Virus record (IMG/VR): IMGVR_UViG_3300048503_000086
Direction: 5' to 3' (one strand)
DNA from: a virus
Lineage: Duplodnaviria > Heunggongvirae > Uroviricota > Caudoviricetes
Length of the DNA: 64,000 bases
Of the stretch, positions 35,373-43,399 are shown piece by piece; the stretch's first letter is position 1, and each line of letters starts with the position of its first letter. Both the position numbers and the translations under genes were made by a program. The notes beneath the pieces were generated by a model that was not told where the DNA came from, did no database searches, and saw nothing but the letters and a program-made list of their open reading frames with translations.

Positions 35373-36235
35373 TCAGGCGGCTGGCCTGTAGATCGCACTG
35401 TCCCCACTGTCGTCGTCAGCGTTGTCGCCGCCCTCGTCGTCGGGGTTCAACACGCAAGCGCCTGAGTAGTCGGGAGGCAACTTCTCCGTGCCGTCCGTAA
35501 GCTTGGGAACGGCCGCCACCGGAGTCTCGGGATTCAGGGCCCACAGGATGCCCATCTTCTTGGCCCAAGGAATGATCCGACGCATCGGAATGATGAAGTT
35601 CAGACCAGGACCGGCACCCTGGGTCAGCATTCCGATGTACTTGCCGTCTTCCAGATAGACGCCGCCGCCAGACGAGCCGGGGTAGCCCATCACGGTAGTC
35701 TGCTCGAACATCTTGCCGGTCTTGAGCAGGTCACGGTCGGTCTGCGAAATGATGCCGAGGCTTACCGAGTCATAGGTGCCCAGCGTGCAACCGACGTGAA
35801 TCAGCTTCGTTCCGATCTGCTGGATCGAACCCGTCAGATCAAACTTCGCACTGACCGTCGTAGGCCGGAAGTTGTCTTGCAGAACTTCCAAGAGGGCCAG
35901 GTCTTCCCCGTCGTCCGGGTCGCTGTAGGCAATGACCTTGGCCTCGATGTCCGACTTGCCGATCGCACGGCCGCCATCGCGGAATTCCTGCTTGATCGTC
36001 GGATTCTTGAACGTGCCGTCCGGCTGCATGAGATGCTGGACGACGTGCCCTGCCGTCCAGATGTAGGTGCGGGTGACCTCCCGACCTGGCGGGTCACCAG
36101 GACTCCGGTGCCGAGGCCCTTGCCGACATCGACGAGGCAGGTTGTGGCTTGCAGCTTGTCGTAGACATTGGCGAAGGCCGTGCCCGCAAACAGCAGCACA
36201 GCGCACAGAGACAGAATCACGGAACGAGACTTCAT
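35373..36235 (-). pseudogene. Trypsin-like (S1) serine protease with signal peptide, disrupted by a 20-nt insertion
   Basis: N-terminal frame: MKSRSVILSLCAVLLFAGTAFA...GKGLGTGVLVTRQ. C-terminal frame: REVTRTYIWTAGHVV...GYPGSSGGGVY. Removing the 20 nt between the two 10-bp GCGGGT(G/C)ACC direct repeats (36069-36098) restores ...VLVTRTYIWTAGHVV... Confidence 0.55.
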
Positions 36236-36277
36236 GTTGCAAGGCTCCAGATGCAGGGTTTGGACTTCACGCGGGTT

Positions 36278-36590
36278 TCACACGAGAGCGGTGTCCCGCT
36301 CGACTTCAAGCAGGCTGTCGTATTCGGGGGCCAGCCGAGAAATCAGGGCCTCGTAGAGGATGTCGCCCAAGAGTTCGGCGTCAGACGATTCGCTGCCCAC
36401 CTCTACGTGAACAACCAGGCAGACGCCTTCGTCATGCTCACCGTCGTCGGGAAGCCTGAAGCTGACCGCCTCCACGCGATCCCAGGGGCGACCGTAGAAA
36501 GCTCGCTTCAGGAGCAAGTAATGACGGCGCGAGTCGGGTTGACCTTCCAGTAGCCGTGGTACAGCCGCAGGTCGTAAGTCATGCGGTTCA
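36278..36590 (-). pseudogene. Small hypothetical protein with a 1-nt frameshift near 36520
   Basis: MNRMTYDLRLYHGYWKVNPTR in one frame, then HYLLLKRAFYGRPWDRVEAV... in the next. Confidence 0.3.
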
Positions 36591-36639
36591 TGTCCGGTAC
36601 TCCTCGAACTCGCCTTCTTTCGTGGCGGCGTCGTCCCAA

Positions 36640-39600
36640 TCAACGCCTTCCATCACTTCGCCCATCGTCATCAGCTCCAGCTTCCGGTTGGCGCGGATCA
36701 CGTCGAGCACGCGGCCGTCGCTCGGCAAATGGATCAGATCGACGATGGTGCAGCCCAAGTTCATCGTCCATGCCCAATGCGATGGATGCGGTCCTCGCTC
36801 TGGTGCGGTATTCCGGCTTATAGGAGTTGGACCAGTAGACCGCCATGCGGGCCTCCACCAGCGTCAGGCTCATGCCGCCCGACTCGGGATTGGCCACGAA
36901 GGCAACCGCGATGGTTCACCTCCCTGTTGGCCCAGTAGTCCAGCGGCTCTTCCGTCACGGGCGAGTCATGGGCTGTCGTGCGGCAGGACTTGGAAGTTGC
37001 CCTGGTCGCAGCGCACCACGTCCCACTTTTCCTTCACACAGCTTGACGATGCGATCCACCGAGCCGGTGAAGCCGGCGAACACCACGATGCGGCCCGTCT
37101 CCTCGTTCTCGTCCAAGAGCATCTTCAGGCGGCGTCCTTCGGGCAGGCAACCTCGCGGGTCGTGCGGACCATCTTGGCACTTCCTTCGTGCCGCCGCACG
37201 CGGGCAGGCACCGTCTGCTTGACCAGCCGGGCCTATGACCTCTTCCGGGAGCAGATCGATGCCGGGATAGACGTGGCTCCGGGTCTTCCGGGTCCAGCCA
37301 GATCCGTCACCGTGCCATCCGTGCAATGCGTGCAGCGGGTCATGCCGTCCTGCTGCCTCGCGGTACTGGAAGCCGTCGCTCAGCTCGCGCAGGAGGTCAT
37401 GCCCGTCACGGCGTTGGGTGCCGCTTCCACAAGGGCCTCGGCCACGCGCAGTGTGCTGGCGGTCGGCTTGCAGACGATCTTGCGGTATCGCTTCTCGGGC
37501 AGGTCAGGCAGTCCTTCTTGTGCTTGATGACCACCAGCCCTTGAGCCGTTCGTAGAGGTAGGCGACCTCGTTCTTGCTGGGCGTGAACGGTGGTACTCGG
37601 GGTCGGTCAAGCCGTCCAGTTCGTGCGGCCCCTCCTCACGACGTCTCGCCGCACTGGCGCATTTCCGATTCGTCGTCCTTCCAGCCGATGCGCTTCTTGA
37701 AGGCCGGTCGTCGAATTGCTGATCGACCATGAAGGCCAGCCGCTCTTCCATCGCCCGGCGGCTGCCCTCGCGCAGGAAGCCGGGCCAGGCGATCTCGCAC
37801 TGGCTCCACCAGTCCACGGGCGTCTTGGGCGACGGCGTGCCGGACATCTCGATCACGTAGCCTGCTCCAGGCCGTACTTCTCGCGGATCATGTCCGCGAG
37901 CTTTGGCAGGCGCGGGAGCGCTGCGAGGTGTCGTTCTTGCACCGGCTCGATTCATCGCCACGAAGGCCGTGCGGGGCAAGGTCTGCGAGCCTCCCACTCG
38001 TCCATCACGCGGACCAGCCCCTCGTAGGTGAAGAACTCGACCTGGAATGCGGTCGAAGGGGAACCCCACATGCGGAACTCGCGCTTGATGTTCGGCAGGC
38101 TGGTCTTCGGGCCGCCCAGAACCAGATCGACGCCCGACTTTCTCGATCACCTCTTGGGCCGGCCAGGGTCTTGCCGGTGCCCATTTCGGCCGCCGAAATC
38201 TGGTAGTGGTAGGTCAGGCCGGCATCGGCCAGGTCCATTTGCATGTCTGCGGCATCAGCGGTCAACGGCCGGTACTCGTGCCGCACCAGCGGCCGGTCGA
38301 ACCAGGCGTAACACGTCCTCGCCGCAGAGATAACCGATCTGGAAGCGGTTGCGCTGGCAGTCGTCCACCGACCAGACCTTTGATCTTGGCGTACTCGCCC
38401 TCGTCGTCGTAGCCGTGGAAGTGCGCGCCGCGCATGGCCTTGACTTCCGCCATCAGCCCATAGCGCGTCTTCGTGCCGACTCTTGCCGTCCCAGAAATAG
38501 ATGCGGCCGTCCTTCTTCTCCAAGGCGACCGGCACGCGAATCCGCGTGCCGCTGGATGTCTGGGCCTCGACTTTCACGGATTCAAGCGACATGCAATCTG
38601 AGGCCTCGGGCGATCTCGCAGTTATGCTCGTCAACTCGACGCCGATCGAGCGGCGGCCGAGCCGCTGGGCGGCCAAGAGCGTGGTGCCGCTGCCGGCAAA
38701 CGGGTCCAGAATCACGCCGCCATCGGGGTCGAAAGCAGCGTGAGCAGAGTATTCCATCAGGGCCAGCGGCTTGACCGTGGGTGGTCGTTGCCTCGTCCCG
38801 CGCTCCTTCCGAGTCGCCTTGGCACAGTAGAAGAACCGGCTCGCTCCGCCTGTGTCGCCGTAGCTCACCTGAACGTCGCCGGCCTTGCCGAGACCGCCGT
38901 GATAGCCGTCGCCGGACTTCGTGCGGACGCAGTTGGTGCCGCTGGTGAGCGTGCCGGTCTGAGCATCCAATTGGCGGCGGCCTCTTCGTCCAAGAGCAGA
39001 TTCGCCGGCCAGCGGCCCGGACTCATGAACTGGGCCCCTTCACGGCGACCGCTTCGATGCTCGACTCAGCCAGCTGTTTGCCGTCAAGCTCGTCCCGTTC
39101 CGCGCGTTGTACTTGTAGCCGGGGTTTCGCCGATGCGGGAGGCGTCGATGTTCATGCCCGCCACGCCCCAGGTCAGGGCGTTGTGGGCAATCGTGCCGTC
39201 CAGCGGCTTCATCGCCAGGACGATTGGCTCCCAGGCCGGCTTCAGGGCCATCGCCCAGCCGGTCCACCTCGCGGCCTCGGGAGTGGCCGGGGCGGTTATC
39301 TGCGCGGCGCGAAGCCGAGCGTCCGTGCCGGGGGCATGGAGTCCGTTGCCGCCGCCGTAGCACCCGTTCCCCTTGCCCTCGTGCAAGTGATAGCCGGGAC
39401 GGTCCAGCTTGTCGCCAATGACCTCGCGCTCCGCGCCTTTCGACTTGTCGATCAGCTTGCCGATGTCGCCGCACTTGGGCATCCCCTGCCCATAGAGCCA
39501 CATCAGCGCGTCCCGAATCTCCCAGCCGGCGTCTTCGATTGCACAGTCAGCCGGTGATAGGTCCGCGTGCCGCCAAAGGCGAGCAAGAGCACCGGGCTTG

Positions 39601-39792
39601 CACACGCGGGCAATGGCCCGCCAATACTCGGGTCCGGGAACCTCGTGGTCCCAGTCCTTCTCCATGAAGCTGAGTCCGTAGGGCGGGTCCGTCACCACGA
39701 AGTCCACCGCACGCCTCGGGCAAGGCCGGCAGCACATCGCGCAGATCGCCGTCGTAGAGGGCGATGTTGCCGTCTGTGTGGTAAGGTCTCAA
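36640..39792 (-). pseudogene. Remnant of a large fusion of a beta-class DNA methyltransferase with an SNF2-family helicase (resembling the P1 anti-restriction protein DarB), broken by several frameshifts
   Basis: Pieces in different frames: MRPYHTDGNIALYDGDLRDVLPALPEA | AVDFVVTDPPYG...NIDASRI | SRFFYCAKA...HPTVKPLALMEY...ILDPFAGSGTT | AAEMGTGKT (helicase motif I) | MSGTPSPKTPVDWWSQ (SNF2 motif III region) | LLDENEETGRIVVFAGFTGSVDRIV (helicase C). Confidence 0.5.
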
Positions 39793-39842
39793 GGATCGCC
39801 TTTCGTGGCTGTCGAGCAGGCCAATGCGTTGAACGCCACATC

Positions 39843-39873
39843 AAGAGTTGCAAAACGCAGAAAACTGGTTTGG
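39843..39873 (-). promoter_or_regulatory. Copy 7 of the conserved motif
   Basis: cAAGAGTTGCaaaacgcagaaaaCTGGTTtgg, upstream of the methyltransferase-helicase remnant. Confidence 0.5.
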
Positions 39874-39879
39874 CCGACC

Positions 39880-40407
39880 TCAACGATTTCTCTTGTCTTC
39901 CAGGTAGAAGGTCTGCTGGTCCGGCGCGGTCCGGGCGCAGAAGTCGGTCCACACGCTCAAGTCCGCAGCCTCAAAGAGGGTGAAGATCCGGTTGAAGCAC
40001 TGCCGCACCGGCATCGTGGCAGTCGGATCGCTGCCCGATCTGACGGCATCCCGCCACTGGGCCAACGTCCCGGTTATGACGGCAATCTGGATGTTGTTGG
40101 CAATCGTGTTCGCCACGACGAAGGGCATACCCGCAGCACACTGCAAGATCGCCAGCATGTCGCGTTCGTCGGCGGCAACGAAGACACTGAAGCTGACGTG
40201 GGCAAGTAGACTCGGGACAAAACCCACCGGAGCCTTGGCGTCGCGCATCGCCGCCAAGTAGCTCAGAAAACGCTCGGCATCCGACAACTCACGCGGGCAC
40301 AAGTCGGCCTTGTCCGTCAGGCTGTACCCCAGCGCGCGGTGGCTCAAGCCCAAGAAGGTCGTGAAGTCGATGGTCGGCTTGTTAATCAGGACGGCATCCG
40401 GCTTCAT
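39880..40407 (-). CDS. Hypothetical protein
   Basis: Internal ATG at 40407: MKPDAVLINKPTIDFTTFLG... Confidence 0.5.
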   Translation of the reverse strand: MKPDAVLINKPTIDFTTFLGLSHRALGYSLTDKADLCPRELSDAERFLSYLAAMRDAKAPVGFVPSLLAHVSFSVFVAADERDMLAILQCAAGMPFVVANTIANNIQIAVITGTLAQWRDAVRSGSDPTATMPVRQCFNRIFTLFEAADLSVWTDFCARTAPDQQTFYLEDKRNR

Positions 40408-40443
40408 GGCACTGCGACCCCGCAAAGGAGGAAAAAAGACAAT

Positions 40444-40552
40444 AGACACCGCCGGGACTCGAACCCGGACGCACCGAAAGCTGACGACGAGGCTTTATGG
40501 GATGAATCTGTGTGCTCGCGCAGACGGTGTTGCTGCCTTACAACACGGTGTC
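40444..40552 (-). other. tRNA-like element: canonical T-arm plus a 7-bp acceptor pairing, but 109 nt with no clear anticodon arm. Possibly the 3' end of a host tRNA (attachment-site core) or an unusual tRNA.
   Basis: Minus strand: ...GGTGCGT-CCGGG-TTCGAGT-CCCGG-CGGTGTC-T. The 5' strand GACACCG pairs with CGGTGTC about 100 nt upstream. Confidence 0.25.
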
Positions 40553-40752
40553 TTCGAGGGCCGCAGGCGGTGCGCGCCGCCTGCGGCTGCGGACGAAAGA
40601 CCCACCGAGAGTGAGCGTGCCCTGTGGCAGAGGCCCGATGGGTTTACTGATCTACTCGCCCATGATGCACGTCACCGTCGAACGGGAGCGGTGCGGCGAG
40701 TGTGATAACCCTGCCGGCGGCCTTGCGGCTGACCCGGCAGGGAGCCGATGCG

Positions 40753-41493
40753 CTAGCGGGCGCGGGCCTTCTTGCCCTCGGGCTCCTTCACGGTCTCGAC
40801 GCCATCGCCCTTGCAGTTGATGAACCGCGTGATCTCCTTCACGATCTGGTCCTTCGAGGGCAGCTTGGGGAACGGCTGGGCGCACTTCACGATGACGGGC
40901 ACGTGCCAGGAATACGTGCCCTTCTCGACGAGCCGGCTCTTGAGCGTCAACGGCAGCGGGCCGTGGGGCTCCAGGTCGGCGACATCGTTGCCAGCGGCCT
41001 TCTGGCGGGCGATGTCGGTGGCCGTCAGCGGCAGGAACGGGTAGACCTTCTTGGCTTCGCTCCGCGTGCTCTTCGTGCCGCAGAAGAACTCCAGGAAGCG
41101 GTTGGTGCTCCGCTCGTAGACGAGGAAGCTGGGGCCGTACATGCAGTGCGACTCCTTTTCCAGCGACTGCGCCGCGATCCGCTTGAACTCATCCGACTCG
41201 GGATCGTAGTTGACGATCAGGGCGTCGCTGTCGGTCATGTCGATGGCCTTCGGCCGGCGTGCCAGCGGGATGATGTGGATGGTGTCGGTCAGGTCGGCGA
41301 CCTCTTCGCCATCGGGAATGCCGTAGTGGCCGGGGCGGACCTGGCCCTTGTTGACGGCCTTGCCCTTGGTGTACAGTTGCAGGCGGCCGATGAAGTCGGC
41401 GCTCTTGGCCAGTTCGATGAACTGATCGTCAGTTCCGAGCTGGGTGGAGGGAAGTTGCGCAAGATCGACGGGGACCAGCGAGCTGTCGGACAT
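40753..41493 (-). CDS. Hypothetical protein (246 aa)
   Basis: ORF track. Confidence 0.5.
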   Translation of the reverse strand: MSDSSLVPVDLAQLPSTQLGTDDQFIELAKSADFIGRLQLYTKGKAVNKGQVRPGHYGIPDGEEVADLTDTIHIIPLARRPKAIDMTDSDALIVNYDPESDEFKRIAAQSLEKESHCMYGPSFLVYERSTNRFLEFFCGTKSTRSEAKKVYPFLPLTATDIARQKAAGNDVADLEPHGPLPLTLKSRLVEKGTYSWHVPVIVKCAQPFPKLPSKDQIVKEITRFINCKGDGVETVKEPEGKKARAR

Positions 41494-41585
41494 GAGTGTG
41501 CCTCAGAGTTGAAACGAGAATAGGGGCGTGGACAGGAACAGGAAAAGCAAGCTGCAAACGCGGCCGGTGATGACAGGGTGTTACT

Positions 41586-42494
41586 TCATGGTTCGGTCTC
41601 CTCGGTAAAGTGCCTCCTCATACGCTCCCGTAGCTTTCCTCTCTGCTCTTCAAGACTGTTGGCGTCGAGGTGCATGATCCACTCCAGGCAGGCGTTCCAA
41701 CCGTCGACCGCCGTCCGTGCATTCCTGGCGGCAAGCATCATGGGCCCGGCATCGGGTCTTTCTTTCTCGGCCAGAACTTCCCGCAGGTTGCGAAGGTGGG
41801 CGACGGGCGTGAACTCGTTGTTGAACAGCACGTCCAGCTTTCCTTGCCGCGCCGCCTCGCGCTGCTGCTTAATGAAGGCAGCGACCGTGACCTTGAACAC
41901 GTGGACGGGAGCCGTCCTGGCAAGATCAAGAAACCGGTGCTGTTGGCTGCGAAGGACGCGAGACAGCACGTAGCCCGACATCAAAGGGATCTCCCCGCGG
42001 TCCACGGCCTTCTGCACCTGGGGTTGCAGACGCAGGAGACCCAGTTGCTCTCCGATCCAATGCGGACTCTTGTGGATCAGCCCTTGTAGTCGCGCGTGCG
42101 ACATGCCGGGGTTGGCGTCCAGGATCTTCTTCAACTGCCTTGCAAAGTCGGTTGCCTTGGTGGTCGGCCGTATGGCATTGGCTTGAATCTGCGCGGCCAC
42201 AACCATTTCATCGGTCATGCCGTACCGGACCAGGCAGGGCACAGGCGATAGCTCCAACTCCTGGTAAGCGGTGTAGCGGTACATGCCGTCCACCACTTCC
42301 CACTTGCCGGGAAAACGGGGCGAGGGCCTGACGCAGATCGAGTTCAGCGGGCCGTTGGCCGCCAGCGAGTCTCGCAACTCGATGTACTCCAGCGACTCCT
42401 TTTCCACCAATCGGAGCAGCAGGCGGGTCTCGTGGATGTCGCAGAGCGGAATGTCACGAGACTCGATCTTCACGGTGGACTCCGGGATCAACAA
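41586..42494 (-). CDS. ParB-like nuclease-domain protein
   Basis: ICVRPSPRFPGKWEVVDGMYRYTAYQELEL (ParB/Srx-like N-terminal domain). Confidence 0.7.
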   Translation of the reverse strand: MLIPESTVKIESRDIPLCDIHETRLLLRLVEKESLEYIELRDSLAANGPLNSICVRPSPRFPGKWEVVDGMYRYTAYQELELSPVPCLVRYGMTDEMVVAAQIQANAIRPTTKATDFARQLKKILDANPGMSHARLQGLIHKSPHWIGEQLGLLRLQPQVQKAVDRGEIPLMSGYVLSRVLRSQQHRFLDLARTAPVHVFKVTVAAFIKQQREAARQGKLDVLFNNEFTPVAHLRNLREVLAEKERPDAGPMMLAARNARTAVDGWNACLEWIMHLDANSLEEQRGKLRERMRRHFTEETEP

Positions 42495-42496
42495 CT

Positions 42497-42590
42497 ACAC
42501 CTACAGGAGATGTCAAAAACGGGCGGTTTTTTCAGAAAAGGGGCACCGTTTGTGAAAAAAACACTCGTATCTGACATCTCCTGTAGGTGT
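42497..42590. repeat. Perfect 19-bp inverted repeat (ACACCTACAGGAGATGTCA / TGACATCTCCTGTAGGTGT) flanking a 56-bp AT-rich spacer, in the divergent intergenic region
   Basis: Read directly from the sequence. Confidence 0.7.
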
Positions 42591-42630
42591 AGCTATGCCA
42601 CCGACTTCCACGCCGGCTCTCAGCGCCGGA

Positions 42631-42695
42631 AAGCGTGTAAACGCATCTATCGGGGCTAGACGATCCTCTCTCAAGAGCGTGTAAACGCATCTATC
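42631..42695. promoter_or_regulatory. Two 20-bp direct repeats (AGCGTGTAAACGCATCTATC) spaced about 46 bp, each with internal dyad GCGT-N4-ACGC. Candidate operator or iteron sites next to the primase gene.
   Basis: Read directly from the sequence; lies just upstream of the plus-strand operon start. Confidence 0.5.
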
Positions 42696-42703
42696 AGCCC
42701 ACA

Positions 42704-43399
42704 ATGAAAACAAGACCCATCCCTCCGCTCACACGCAAGGAAATCAACCGATTCTGGTTGCGTGTTGAAATTAGTGGACCTGACGAATGCTGGGAGTGGC
42801 AAAGAAGGAGAGACGACGATGGCTACGGGCTCATAAAGTTCCGCCACAAAATGTTCCGGGCACATCGAGTGGCATTCTTTCTTACCTTTGGTCAGCCGAT
42901 ACCCGACCTGCTCATTTGTCACAGTTGTGATAATCCGGGATGCTGCAATCCGAGACATCTTTGGCAAGGCACGGCAGCAGACAACAATGCTGACCGCAGT
43001 AGAAAGGGCAGAACGAAAAGGCAGCTCGGCGAAGAGCACGGGCTGACAACACTCACGAACGCAATGGTCACTCAGATCCTATTATCTGACGCAACACAGG
43101 TGGCTCTTGCCGGACAGTTCGGTGTCTCCTGTACGTCAATCAAGAACATTCACTGCGGTCGAACATGGGCCAATGTAGCACCTGACACTGCACGCCGGAC
43201 GGTAGGTAGACTGCCATCGCACACCTGTCGCGGTGAAAAGTGCCACACGGCCAAGCTCAAGGCCAGTGACATCCCGCTGATTAGGTCGTCAAAAGAAACA
43301 AACTGCCATCTCGCCGCACAATTCAATGTTTCGGATGTCGCCATCAGCTACGCCCGTAATGGCAAGACCTGGAAGCACGTCGTACAAGGAACGCCATGA
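42704..43399 (+). CDS. HNH endonuclease with NUMOD-like repeats
   Basis: ECWEWQRRRDDDGYGLIKF...HSCDNPGCCNPRHLWQGT. Same HNH type as the domain inserted into the methyltransferase at 5710-6984. Confidence 0.8.
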   Translation: MKTRPIPPLTRKEINRFWLRVEISGPDECWEWQRRRDDDGYGLIKFRHKMFRAHRVAFFLTFGQPIPDLLICHSCDNPGCCNPRHLWQGTAADNNADRSRKGRTKRQLGEEHGLTTLTNAMVTQILLSDATQVALAGQFGVSCTSIKNIHCGRTWANVAPDTARRTVGRLPSHTCRGEKCHTAKLKASDIPLIRSSKETNCHLAAQFNVSDVAISYARNGKTWKHVVQGTP

